NCBI RefSeq assembly: GCF_036971445.1
Contig: NC_091479.1
Location: 8,060,001 to 8,124,000 of the forward strand
Length of the DNA stretch: 64,000 nt
Source of the DNA: Narcine bancroftii
Lineage: Eukaryota
Direction of reading: 5' to 3'
This document shows, piece by piece, positions 1 through 12,800 of the stretch; position 1 is the stretch's first letter, and each line of letters starts with the position of its first letter. Both the position numbers and the translations under genes were made by a program. Below the pieces are notes generated by a model, which saw only the letters and a list, made by a program, of their open reading frames with translations, did no database searches and was not told the origin of the DNA.

Positions 1-3000
1 CGAGAAAGCATTTTTGTGCTGCGGTCCTGGAGAACAAGGTATTACCCATGAGCAGTGCTGTTCTTAACATTCCATACAAATCTCTAATGTCCCAGGCAAA
101 AGATAGTGTGACCATTGGGAATTTATCCAGAACTTTGCCTGAGGAAAATTGAGTGGGTGAAGGGAGCATGGGAGGGAGGATTGATGGACATATCCTTCAG
201 ACCTCACCAGGGGTCCACCTCCTGAACACACAAGCCAATAAAGTACCAAAAGCCTCCCTTGCAAGTTTTTTTTTAAAAAAAAGCATGAATTCTCAAAGTT
301 CCATCATCCTGCTAAAATACAAATAGGATCAAGAATGAACAGGGTCTGCAAACTGCAGCCAAAACAAATGAAGTACAAACAAACTCTATGTAAACATGTC
401 ACCTTGTAGCTACAAGACTGGTTAGAATTGTGCTTAGAAATTAAGAACTTAATCCATACAAATCTATTTTAAACACTGATAAACTACAAGACAAATAAAT
501 TACTAAGCTTCATGAGAACTGGTCTCCTTCTGGACTTCATTTATGGTTCCTGTAATGAAACAACTGGATATAAACTGCTCTGCCACAAAGTGCTATGGTA
601 AGAGTGTGGACAAGCATTTTAACCAAGGATAAATATGGTCGGGGCTCTGCTTACAAAGATAACTCTGGTATGATCCTTTTGAGGACAAGATCTCAAAACA
701 GCAAAATAATAGGGATTCTAGTATCACGCCTACACTAACAATATTCCCTTTAAGTACGTCCATCTTGTTAATCTGCTCTCTCCCAGCCTCACTCCAGTGT
801 GTTTCCTCTGTTGTTGGGGCAATGGGAAAACACAGCAGATTAAAGCCTCCCACATCTGGGTCGTTGGCAATCACCATTTCACCCCCTTTCTGTGGATTAA
901 GTAATGTGGGGGAGGGAGCAATGGAGAGAGGCAAGAGGTAATCCCTCCACTCCTCACCAGGCCAATGGCCACCATGGGGATCCTGTGGCCCTGTCCTCGA
1001 CATCTCTGCAGCTTTTCGTGCTTTTTCCAAAACCCATGGTCTATTCAGCATCAGCCTATTGTTCGATGTAGGCGAGCTGGAGATGTGGCCGTTCTTCTCT
1101 TGTTCACACAACGCGCTGACTCCTCTTTAATACTGTACAAATTCCTTAATATTCTCGCGATCTGATCGCAACAGACTCTACACACTTTTCTATGCTAATC
1201 TAAATATCTCACTCCTATTGCAGAGTGATGTCAGCTTTCAAAACAATGACACGTCACCCTGCTTGCACAGAGTTTATCTGCCCATGGAAAGATCCAGCAG
1301 GCATCATCATTTCGAAATCTCACGTACTCATTATATGCTAGCCCGTGATGGGAACACATCGGAATTCAAACTACCAACACTGTACACTCTACATTAAAGT
1401 CAGATCCTAGAGAAAATCTAAATATCTTGGCATAGAATGCTTGTGCATCCCAATAACTTCCTGTCTTCCTATTTACATCTACATTTAATATTTACACCCC
1501 CGAACGCACACTACACATGCAACTAACTTCCCATGACAGGGAATGATTCAAGTACTTGGTATCCTCATCTGCTATAAAACAGGTCCAACAGACATACTCA
1601 CGATAAGGTCCACATGACCAACCCCACCCTATCGGCTTGTCCTGTCCATGGGCCAGTGCAATCCCCACTTGCCTCTTCCTTCAAGTTGCTTTGAGTTCGG
1701 CTTCTCTTCAGGTTTCAGGTCAGGATTTGGTTACTGGACCTCAGGCTGGCGGGGAAGCTCCCTCCCCACCCCCCTTCACCCCCCCACCCATTACACTTGG
1801 TTGGAATCTTCAAACGATTTGGCGCCCTCATTCAGGGTGGAACTCAGCTGCATTAAATGGTCGTCAACACGAGCACGGAAAGGGTACTGGAAGCTTTTGC
1901 GGGTGGATCATCCCTTGAACCTGATGTTGAAGTCCCAATGATGTTCCTGCTCAGGGAACAAACACACGTCCAGATACAGATCCAAGCATGAGCTCAGGGG
2001 ATGTAAAATATCGACGCAAAACTGTGAATCTATTGAACACAACGATCGCCGACCTTCCCAATAGAACTGTCCCCAAAGTTCCCTTATCTGAAGATCACAA
2101 ATCCAAAGGTTGTTTCCATTTTGGTCTCCACGCCATAGGGTTTGACCATGTCGGGGGTGTTTAAAGAAAGGGACAGAAATAAAAATTCATGCAGATGGAA
2201 CGGTTGGGGAATGGCATTGTCCGTGAACATAGCTCAGTAAATTGGCAACACAAGTAACACAGCCAGTCTCAGCTCTGCATTAGTGCATTAATTAGCTACA
2301 TTCATCCTAATGTCTAAGGCAACCACACCTGATATTTAAGCTTAATAGAGCCTACTTGCACACTTTGGTTTGTTAAAAGGCAATATCCAACCTCAGAACC
2401 TCCTCTGGAGGTTTCTGATACTCTAGGTGGGGGAACCACGGATCTCAGCATCGTGTTCGCATTTGTACCCTGGACGGATGGTCAAATCTTTCTCTCTCCC
2501 CACCTCACTGTGGCCCGTGAGGGAAGGGTCGAGTCACGACTTCTGCTCAAAGCAAGATCATACCAATTTTCTGTTTGAAAAGGGAACAGAATTATTCCAT
2601 CAAAACCACCGTCTTTGAATGGATGTCTTGGCCGAAGATCACTGCGGTGTAAAATGCAGGTGTTGTACCGTAATGTTATGAATCCCTTCTTCACAGCAGA
2701 CAAGGTCCCTGCCTTGCACTCTTGTTTTCGGAATGTGACAACATTACAACAGCAATGTCACTCTCCCAAAGGTAGCCAGGTACAAACACGTTCAAAGTCT
2801 TTGAAACAGGACACTGCTGTCATTGTCCTCAGAAACAGACACAGCCAAACGCACCAGTACAAAGCGACCACAATCTGTAGTGTGCACAATTTAAACCAGA
2901 TATTGCCTCCTTAAAGAGACAGGCACCCTCGCTTTGCCTTCAATCGGCTCACTCACGAGTTCTTTATACAAATCGGAATTTGGTTAAACAAGCTAAATGA

Positions 3001-4006
3001 ACCTCCAAGTACAAATAAAGTGGATTGGTCTTTATTCCAAGTTCTGCACTTATTAAGCACAGAGGTCGTTTTGATGTCCAGTTGTGACTGGTACTCTTTG
3101 GGATACTGTCTCTTTAAATACAATGGATTGCTATTGTTTGAGAGGCTCATTTACAGTTTGCATTGTACTCCACGGCACATCAGCGTCTGATTTTATGGCA
3201 AGTGCCTCTGTTTCCTTGCATGGATTATCAGTTCCTGCTTTAAGAGAATTATGGGCAACGGACAAAAAAAAAATGAGCAGAAGTCTTTTGGAGTACAACT
3301 ACATGCAGTTAGTCTGAGGCACCCTCCAGCAACGTGCACGTTTTACCTGGTGGCTTTCCCTTGTATCCTGCACCCAGCGGTGCCACGTAGTATCACGGGC
3401 TCCCCATCTAGAACCCACCACAGCTGGGGCAACATTGTTCTGTGAGCCACTTGGAGAGCGCAAGGGGTCGGGCACAGCCCAGTTAAGTTCATTTTCCCCC
3501 CCCCCTCCCCCCACTTTATCCGGCTTCCAGCTGCCTTTGGACTGGCTGAAGGCAGGGTTGGAGTGTCACCATGGTTTCGGTTGGAAATGAAGACTTCTTT
3601 CACAAAAGGGCAATCTAATTTCAAGGTTCCTCAAAGGCAAAGCAACCATTACCATGAAAACCATATTAGCCGCTAAACCGACTGACTGAATCGTTTGCGG
3701 ACGATCCGCAAGTCAAGACCTCACAGTGGGACCAAATCTGTCGCTCCAATAGAGTCCCAACCTCCATCTTCGACACACCAAAGCTGCAACATATATGGGA
3801 TGAGTCAACAAAGCAAATGGTCCACTCTTATTAGGAAACTGGTCTCCAACCGAGTTCCCTGGTCACAGGGAGGTAATGCACCCACATATCATCGTTTCCT
3901 TAGCAATAAGTTGCAAATCTAACCTTAAATGAACCTAATTAAGGAAAAGAAATAATTAGTGTTGGAATGGAATGATAAAGCAAGGTTTCTTCCCAGGCTG
4001 CTGAGC
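1..4006 (-). other. MAP1A 3' UTR and downstream flank (extent uncertain)
   Basis: Follows the stop codon. No credible ORF and no recognisable transposon in about 4 kb. Confidence 0.6.
3031..3036 (-). terminator. Candidate polyadenylation signal AATAAA
   Basis: TTTATT on + (AATAAA on -), about 970 nt past the stop, followed on - by U/GU-rich sequence. Confidence 0.4.
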
Positions 4007-4162
4007 TCAGAACTCGATCTTGCATGCTGGGAAGGACTCGTCCTGCATTACCACGGTGCTGCTACTGGCAAGCACCATGATGTTCAGCTCTTGCTGTCGC
4101 TCGTGGGTTTGTTGGTACCACTCTCTTGTGACTTCTGTGTCGTGGGTTGGTATTAACGTCAC
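4007..4162 (-). CDS. MAP1A: MAP1A last coding exon (C-terminus of light chain LC2)
   Basis: Manual translation: ttctag|VTLIPTHDTEVTREWYQQTHERQQELNIMVLASSSTVVMQDESFPACKIEF* (156 nt, phase 0). THDTEVTREWYQQ and the terminal KIEF are the MAP1A form; MAP1B has THDSEVMREWYQE...KIEL. Confidence 0.96.
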   Translation of the reverse strand: MTLIPTHDTEVTREWYQQTHERQQELNIMVLASSSTVVMQDESFPACKIEF

Positions 4163-4524
4163 CTAGAAGAGGGAAACAGAAAGTTCCTTTGTTAACGGGA
4201 ATGGTCAACAAAGGGCCTTTCATCGGCAGTAGGGTCCGACAAGCCCAGGCTCTGAGGCCTGCCACCCCCCCGCCCCCCCCACCCACCACCGCCTCGGATG
4301 GAGGACGGCACAGCAGAAAATGGGGAAGCAAGGGAGACCTAGGGAATCTTGTAAGGGAGGGGGGAGAAGTGGAAATCTTAAGGGTCCTCGGCCAATGCAG
4401 CACAGGAACAGGCCCTGAGGCCTATATAATGGGATATTGCTGTGCATAGATTGGCTGCCATGTTTAGTATATTGATGCAGTAATTGAACTTGTCTATAAA
4501 ATACGGTGGTATGTGCAATAGTGG

Positions 4525-4700
4525 TGCACGTGTGGGTTGTAGCATTGTGTGTGTGTGTGTGTGGGCTTGTCTGTACCTGTATGAGTGTCTCTGCAAGTGT
4601 GAGCATGTGTGTATATGGAGGGGTCAGTTATGTATGTGTGTGCGAGATTGTCCCATTGGTTTTGTGTGCGTGTGTGTGGAAGGAACATGTTGTTGTGTGT
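4525..4700. repeat. Degenerate (GT)n microsatellite in last intron
   Basis: Interrupted TG runs. Confidence 0.7.
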
Positions 4701-4745
4701 GGAGGGGGCAGAGGCACACAGAGAAGACCAGGATGAGACAGCTAC

Positions 4746-4978
4746 CTGAAGATTGTTCCCCCATTGGGCCTTCCCATCCAACAGGGCGTCCAACACGGCC
4801 CGGCTTGGCTCCCCACTTCCAGCGTCGTTCCCGCTCACCACATAATAAGAGGACCGAATGCGTTTGAAGAATTCCTGGTCGACGTTCTTCCCGCTGCAGT
4901 GGTTGGGAATGTAGGCCAGGTCCACATATACGGGAGGACCGGCAGGAACTCCAGGGCTGGTCTTTGTACTGGTGGGAG
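4746..4978 (-). CDS. MAP1A: MAP1A penultimate coding exon
   Basis: Acceptor ctctctccag, donor CAG|gtagct; 233 nt, phase 1 to 0. Encodes (A)PTSTKTSPGVPAGPPVYVDLAYIPNHCSGKNVDQEFFKRIRSSYYVVSGND...LDALLDGKAQWGNNLQ, the conserved MAP1 light-chain region. Confidence 0.95.
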
Positions 4979-5309
4979 CTGGAGAGAGAGGCAGGAAGTC
5001 GTGTTAACATGTCCCTTCAATTCTACGGCAACAAGGCAGTGGGGGAGGCGGGGGGGGAAACAAAGGTCTCACAGTATGGAAACTCCTTGCCCACCCTTGC
5101 AGCCAGGCGGATTTGGTTGGTGTTGCCCCAGGCACTTGCATAAGTCGTAGATCGAAGGTTTGTGAATGGTTGATGATCAACATGGACTTGATGGGTAAAG
5201 GGTCTGGTTCAGTCTGTATGTCTCTCTGACACATGACTAAACATTCCAAGGGAAAAGGATTCAAGAATGAAAGGGTTATCACACAAGAAGCATTTGTTAA
5301 CTCTTGGCC

Positions 5310-5700
5310 TGAACCTGTTGGAATTTAGGAGAATGAGGGGGGATCTCATTGAAACATTTTGAATGTTGAAAGGCATGGACAAAGTAGATGTGGAAAGGTT
5401 TTTTCCTACAGTGGGAGAGTCTAGCTAGGACAAGAGGGGACAACTTCAGGATTGAAGGACATCCACAGAATAGAGATTTGCAGGAATTTCTTCAGCCAGA
5501 AGGTGATGAACCTGTGGAATTTGTTGCCGCAGGCAGTCATAGAGGCAGGTCATTGGGTGTATTTAAGGCAGAGATTGACAGGTTCTGGATTAGCCAGGGT
5601 TATGGGGAGAAGGCCAGATAGTGGGGCTGTGTGGGGATCAGCTCATGATTAAATGGCGGGGCAGACTCGATGGGCTGAATAGCCTATTTCTGCTCTTGGG
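5310..5700 (+). mobile_element. CR1-type 3' fragment
   Basis: GAATTTAGGAGAATGAGGGGGGATCTCATTGAAAC and FFSQKVMNLWN motifs shared with the other CR1 tails. Confidence 0.75.
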
Positions 5701-5939
5701 AAGATATCTCTCAGCTGGCAAGAACCTGTTTTCATTTTCACGTGGCATCTGCTTGGTTGCTCATTCCCTGAACAAAAGGCATTATCTTTTTCAAAAGATG
5801 GACACGTCCTTTGGGAAAAACAAAAAAAATTATTGGATGGAATGGTGTCCCCGAGGCAGTATTTATGGGACGTCTGAGCAGCGTGGATGGATTTGCTGCA
5901 GTTTTATCGCAGTATATTAGTTCGGTACAGACTAGAAGA

Positions 5940-6460
5940 GTTCACCTTCGTTCTGTCCCCATCTGTGCCAGGGATCTCCCAATGGCCCAACCACTTCCAT
6001 TCTGCGCCCCACTCCCATACTCACATGGCCCAAGACCACCCGTAAACTGAAGGTGCAGTGCCTGATTTTTCCATCTGGGCCCTCTCCAGCCAGATGTCAC
6101 TGACGATGATTTCTCCAGTTTCTGCTGACCTGCTCTCGGTTCTCCTTCCCTTCCCTATCCCTTGTCTTCATTCCTCCAGCTCTCCACCCCCTTCCCTCTC
6201 TATTCCCAAAGCCATCCCCCCTCGCCCTGCTTGCTGGTGTACCCTCCCTCCCTTATCCACCTATTACCTCCTGCCTGTGGGACCGTGCTCCTCCCCCTAC
6301 CCCTCCCAACATTGTTTCATACCTTGAATGAAGGCCTCAAGCCTGAAACATTAGTTATGTACCTTTATCTTTGCTCTACACTGTTTGACTTGCTGAGTTT
6401 CTCCAGCTTTGCGCTTTTACTTCAACCACAGACTCTGCAGACCTTTGTGTTTTACTTCCC
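5940..6460 (+). mobile_element. Penelope-like 3' fragment
   Basis: RDLPMA.HF.SAP.SH remnant, C/T-rich tract, hammerhead-like tail and CTGCTGAGTTTCTCCAGC. Confidence 0.75.
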
Positions 6461-6652
6461 TTAGAAGGGCTGACAGGCCTGTTTCTGTCCTGTGGTTGTT
6501 CTATGGTTCTGTATGGGGACAGACACAATAGTCTCATTGCACTGTCTGAACATGAGAGACGTCAGTCAGATCCTGAAATGGACAGATTGTACAACATGAA
6601 CTTGTTCTGACTGCTGGGAGTTTAGGGATCGCAGACCACGACAGTGTCGACC

Positions 6653-7190
6653 CATTGGCATCACCAGGGGTGTGCGGACCACACCGGGTGACACCAAAAT
6701 GACTGTCTATAATCTTTTTGTGCAGTATTTCAGCAGAAATTCTTTTTTTAAACATTCCTGTAGTTCATTATATCAACAAAAACATTTTTCGTAATCGCAT
6801 CTTACACACATCAATACACCTACAAGGCTAAAGCTCGACACTCATTTATATTTTGAACCTTCTCGTGCTCTCTGGTCAGAGCTGTCCTTATTCCCCAATT
6901 ACAAATGACGCTTCAAACCACGTGGTTTCGCCTGCACGCACAAGTAGGCGCTGTTCTTTCATTGCTGCAGAGCGTATGATATTGTAGTTTAAAGGCGTAA
7001 TTTTAATTTTGCTAGTTGTTTATCTCACTACTATTGCCGTTACATTCAGTGATATACAGGAATTGCATTTACAAGTAACATTACAAAGGATTCTGTATGG
7101 GAGGAGATCCATGGGGGTGGGCGGGGGGTGGGGTGGGGAAATCAACATGAGTTACTGCACTGGGTGACACCGAACCTGGTTACACCACCG
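6653..7190. mobile_element. Non-autonomous hAT DNA transposon
   Basis: Imperfect 16-bp TIRs CATTGGCATCACCAGG / CCTGGTTACACCACCG; subterminal GGGTGACACC repeats; 8-bp TSD TGTCGACC / TGTCAACC. Confidence 0.8.
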
Positions 7191-7642
7191 TGTCAACCTG
7201 GCCTCCCCTAGAGTAACTGCCACGAAGGAACTCTTACTACATTTCCCTACCCCCACGGCACATTGTATACTGGCTGCAATGTTCTCCATGCATCACTGCA
7301 CTGCAGTCACCTCCCAAACCCACCACCTCTACCACGTGCTAACACACCATCCTGACGGGATTAAAATGGGGAATGCTGCAAAAACTCAGCCAATCAGGCA
7401 GCAGCGCCATGGAGGAAAGCAAAACAGTGAATGTTTCAGGTCGAGGCCCTGTCACAAGTTTTAACAAAGGGCCACACATCTGAAACACGGACTCACTGAG
7501 TTTTCCCACCATTCACACTACCAGCAGATGCAGAGTTCCTGACCTTTATCCCTATCACCAGGTCAAACCCATCTTCACCAGGACTGCAGTCGTGATGCCA
7601 CATCCTTCACAGAAATGGGCAATTAAGAGGTTAAAGGGAATA

Positions 7643-9702
7643 GGTACGGTAAATGATCGGGCACTGAGGAGAGCATGTCCCCCAAAGTTCCTCAACATGA
7701 TTATCCAACTGCACGAAAACCAACAAGGTCGGGTCAGATACAGCAATGAGCTCTCTGAACCCTTCTCCATTAACAATGGCGTGAAGCAAGGCTGTGTTCT
7801 CGCACCAACCCTCTTTTCAATCTTCTTCAGCATGATGCTGAACCAAGCCATGAAAGACCCCAACAATGAAGACGCTGTTTACATCCGGTACCGCACGGAT
7901 GGCAGTCTCTTCAATCTGAGGCGCCTGCAAGCTCACACCAAGACACAAGAGAAACTTGTCCGTGAACTACTCTTTGCAGACGATGCCACTTTAGTTGCCC
8001 ATTCAGAGCCAGCTCTTCAGCGCTTGACGTCCTGCTTTGCGGAAACTGCCAAAATGTTTGGCCTGGAAGTCAGCCTGAAGAAAACTGAGGTCCTCCATCA
8101 GCCAGCTCCCCACCATGACTACCAGCCCCCCCACATCTCCATCGGGCACACAAAACTCAAAACGGTCAACCAGTTTACCTATCTCGGCTGCACCATTTCA
8201 TCAGATGCAAGGATCGACAATGAGATAGACAACAGACTCGCCAAGGCAAATAGCGCCTTTGGAAGACTACACAAAAGAGTCTGGAAAAACAACCAACTGA
8301 AAAACCTCACAAAGATAAGCGTATACAGAGCCGTTGTCATACCCACACTCCTGTTCGGCTCCGAATCATGGGTCCTCTACCGGCACCACCTACGGCTCCT
8401 AGAACGCTTCCACCAGCGTTGTCTCCGCTCCATCCTCAACATCCATTGGAGCGCTCACACCCCTAACGTCGAGGTACTCGAGATGGCAGAGGTCGACAGC
8501 ATCGAGTCCACGCTGCTGAAGATCCAGCTGCGCTGGATGGGTCACGTCTCCAGAATGGAGGACCATCGCCTTCCCAAGATCGTATTATATGGCGAGCTCT
8601 CCACTGGCCACCGTGACAGAGGTGCACCAAAGAAAAGGTACAAGGACTGCCTAAAGAAATCTCTTGGTGCCTGCCACATTGACCACCGCCAGTGGGCTGA
8701 TAACGCCTCAAACCGTGCATCTTGGCGCCTCACAGTTTGGCGGGCAGCAGCCTCCTTTGAAGAAGACCGCAGAGCCCACCTCACTGACAAAAGGCAAAGG
8801 AGGAAAAACCCAACACCCAACCCCAACCAACCAATTTTCCCTTGCAACCGCTGCAATCGTGTCTGCCTGTCCCGCATCGGACTGGTCAGCCACAAACGAG
8901 CCTGCAGCTGACGTGGACTTTTTACCCCCTCCATAAATCTTCGTCCGCGAAGCCAAGCCAAAGAAGAAAAAAGAGGAGAGCGGTAGAACAGAGGAATCTG
9001 GGAATACAGATACATAATTCCCCGAAAGTGGCATCACATGTGGATAGGGTTGTAAAGAGAGCTTTTGGCATATTGGCCTTCATAAATCAAACTATTGAGT
9101 ATAAGAGTTGGGATGTTATGGTAAAGTTATATAAGACATTGGTGAGGCCAAATTTGGAGTATTGTGTGCAGTTTTGGGCTCTGAACTACAGGAAAAATAT
9201 CAATCAGATAGAAAGAGAGCAGAGAAGATTTACTAGGATGTTCCCGGGACTTCAGGAACTGAGTTAAAGCAAAAGGTTGGACTTTATACCGTGGAGCATA
9301 GAAGAATGAGGGGAGATTTGATAGAGGTATTTAAAATTATGATGAGAGTAGATAGAGTAAATGATGATGGGAATAGATAGAGTAAATGTAGGTAGGCTTT
9401 TCCACTGAAGGTCAGTGAGATACAAACCAGAGGACATGGGTTACGGGGAAATGTTTAGAGGGAACATTAGGGGGAACTTCTTCACACAGAGAGTGGTGGG
9501 AGTGTGGAACGAGCTGCCAGTTGAAGTGGTGAATGTGGACTCAATTTTAACATTTAAGAGGAATTTGGACAGGTACATGGATGGGAGGGGTATGGAAGGT
9601 TATGGATTGGGTGCAGGCCAGTGGGACTAGGGAGAGCAATAGATCACGATGGAGAAGAAGGGCCAAAGGGAGTAATTCTGTGCAGTAATGTTCTATGGTT
9701 CT
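7643..9702 (+). mobile_element. CR1 3' fragment interrupted by RTE copy 1
   Basis: GTVNDRALR| before the RTE continues as AVEQRNLGIQIHNS..KVASHVDRVVK..RPNLEYCVQFW after it. Ends in a TTCTATGGTTCTA tail. Confidence 0.85.
7675..8972 (+). mobile_element. RTE-clade LINE, 5'-truncated copy 1
   Basis: RT motifs GVKQGCVLAP and LFADD; C-terminal CNRC-x12-H-x3-C finger; tail CGCGAAGCCAAGCCAAAGAAGAAAA. 9-bp TSD GAGGAGAGC at 7666-7674 and 8973-8981. Confidence 0.92.
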
Positions 9703-9815
9703 AAATGAGCAGAGAACATTCCACTAGAGGGAGAAAAATGGTCGAATAGTCCGACCTTGTAGCCTCAGGGTGCTAGAGAAACCTCCATTTTTGAGGATAT
9801 CGACCAGGGCCTTAC

Positions 9816-12800
9816 CTGAGGTGGATTTGATCCCATTCATCAGGGCCTTGCCCAGGCTGGGTTGGCTGGACCTGGAGATGTCATCTCTCTCCTCGGCCTG
9901 GGAGGCCATAGTCTCGGCTGTTCGGGAGGCTCGGGTCGGTCTCTCCGCTGCCTCCCTCTCCTTCTTTTTGCTGGCCGCCGATTTTGGGGAGGCCGCCGAT
10001 TTTGGGGACCTCTCGGAGTCCTTGGGGGAGGCAGCTTTTGCGGGAGCAGCAGGGTGCTTGGTCTTGGCCTCCACCTTGCGCCCCGGTGATGCTGCCTTGG
10101 ACTTGGCCATCTTCCTGCCGCCCTTGGTTTTGTCCTTCGCCTCCTTCCTCGTGAGCTTGCTCTGTCCGCTGGCCAGGACCTCCGGGTCCACCATGCAAAC
10201 ATCAGGAGGTGGCGGCCGGGGAGGGGGGTCAGCGGCGGGGGTGGGCAGTGGGTCAGGGCCTGGCTGCAGGGCTGCGCCACTGCTGCTTTTGTCAACCGGC
10301 AGGAAGTCCCCGTCCTCGTCTGAGTCGATGGGTGCCTCGGCTGTGATGGATGGGCAGTCTTCCGTCTCAGGCGGCACGTCAGAATCTGAGTTGAGCGCAG
10401 GTGACTCGCTGCCTGAGCTGGGTGGGCTGTCTGCAGCCGGCCGCAGCACCGAGTGACCGGCCACGCTTGGCCTCCACACTTCCTCCGGATCTGGGTTGAT
10501 GAAGGATGGTGACAGCTCATCCTTGGAGAGCTTGTGGTCGCCGGGCCGGGGGCTGCTTGTTGATTCGGCTGTCTGGGTGGCCGCCCCTTCTGAGGGCCAG
10601 AGGCTCCGTTCCGACGAGGACAGGGAAGAAGGCCTCACCGACCGCTCGATCTTGGGAGTCGGATCCAACCTAACGCTCGTCAACAAGGCCACACCTGTTT
10701 CTGTGGGCCCATTGGCTGCTGCAACCCCAGCTGTGGCAAGTGGAGGAGGTAGGCCTGAAGCCTGGGGCTCGCCTGCCCCCGACTCAGGCTTCATAGCCTC
10801 GGTGTCCCTTCCCGCTGCTTCCCCTTCTTGCTTGGGCACTGACTTTTGGCACTCGACCCGACAGGACAAGGTGGAGTCCTCGATGTCACACAGGTAGGCT
10901 GGGCTGTGCTCCACTGGGCCCTGGAGGGTCTCTTCGACCTCAGCAGCTGGGCGCAAGGCCTTGTCCGCAGGAACCAAGGGAGACACCTCGTCCAGACTCC
11001 TCCCCGCGGCCTCTGCTGGGCTCCCTGCCATAAGGTGTAGATGCATGCCCTCAGATGCTCCTCGGGCCTGGTTTTGGGGTTGGTGGTCATCCCCCAGGAT
11101 TTGGCTCTCCAGTACGAAGCCAGCACCCTGAATGTGGTCAGGTGGGCTTGGTGGGGAGGGGGTCACTTCCTGGAAGGAGCTCGGAGTAGATACACTTTTC
11201 TCAGATACTTCCAAATATTCATCCTTCACCCTGAACTCAGAGGGGCGAGGGGCAGCAAACATCCCTCCCTCAGTGAAGGAAGAGTATTCATACTGAGCAT
11301 CCGGTGGCTTCTCGTCCTTGGCTACAAAGGGACGATCGAAGCCAGTCACCCAGTGTTCTGGGTGGGCAGTTGCAAGTCCAAGGATAGAAGAGTAAAGACC
11401 CTGGCTAGTGGAGTCTGGGCTTTGCTGCTTGACTGGTTCCTCCTGACATTTGGACTTGCTGGTATCTTGCCCCTCCTCTGTTGCTCCTTTAGTAGTGGCC
11501 TTCAACTCAAGATCAGACTGCTCTCCCAGAATGTCTCCTGTGGTGAAGAGCACATCCTTGTCACTTGCACAGGGATATCCCAGTCCGCGGGGAGAACTGT
11601 GTGGGATCCCACTGGGAGAGGGAAAGTCCTGCTCCTGATGGGAGAACTGTTCTTTTTCAGCTTTTGCTGGACTTGGTTCTCGTGGCTCTGGTACCAGCCC
11701 GGCCCACTGCTCCGTACAAGGTGACTCAGTGCTGGGAGTGCGCGCTTCCCCGTCTACCTTTCCCTTCTCTGAGAGCACAGGTGAAGGAACCTTGCTTTCC
11801 TTTGAAGTGTAGGTGGTCCCGTCTGTCGGAGAGGAGACAAGTCCCTCTCGCGAGGATTCCCTGGGAAGACCCTCCAGTTCCTTCTCCGATTTTTCCTTGG
11901 CCCCTTTCTCTAGCTCTGACTCGCTGCTACTGTCATAGGCTTCCTTCTCGAGGGAGCTAGAGTCTAGGTCTTTCTGCCTCCCTGCACCAGCCCCAAACCC
12001 GCTGGTGTCCATGCAAGGTACTTCAGTGCATGTCAGTGAAGAGGAAAGGCTCTCCTTGGACTCTGGGCTGCTCAGGGCTGGGGTTTTCCTTCCTTCGGGT
12101 GAGATGGGGCTGAGGGAATCTGTCTTGGTTTCATCACCTAGACTGGACTTCGTCGCCAGGTGAGAATGCGGTTTATCCACGGGGTCAGGCCCTAAAGCTG
12201 TGGTCAGGTCTTCTTTTGATATTGGAGGGAGCGATGAGGGAGGTCCTGGAATTTCTGAATATCCCATGGTTCCATATGTCCTTGTTTCCTGCTCCACAGT
12301 TGTCACGTGTGTTTCCAGCTCTCTCCCTAGGAGTCTTAGCTGGGATGGCTCCTGCTCGACAGCCGGTTCCTTCTCTGTCTTGCTGAGCTCTTCGAGCTCT
12401 GGGATCTTGGTCTTCACGTCCACTTCAGTGTAACTGAACCCCTTTAAACTGGCATCTGGGTCCTTGCTTCCCTCCGTTGAAGAATATTCTCTCCTGGCGA
12501 AGGGGCAAGATTCTTCGGTGAGGAGCTCGGAACTGCTCCACTTTCCCTCGGAGTGGTAATCCAATCGAGAGGCAGGAACTTTTTGCTCTTCAGGCAGAGA
12601 ATGCACTGATTGACTGAAATCTTGTTCCAGGGTGGACCCACATGACAGAGCTTCACGTTCCTTTGACACGTCAGTGCTCGTTCTCCCATCTGGAGGAGAA
12701 GCTCTCTCCTCTTTCCTCAAGGCTTCTCCATGAAGACCCTCCACTTCCCTCTCTCCAGCAGATTCCTTGGGCGAAGGGAGGGTTGTTCCTACAGTAGTGG

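Noticed and set aside
7592-9267. Chimeric CR1-RTE fusion proteins (ORFs 7592..8911 and 8842..9267)
   Set aside because: Incidental read-through across TSD junctions; the RT is truncated and there is no sign of function.
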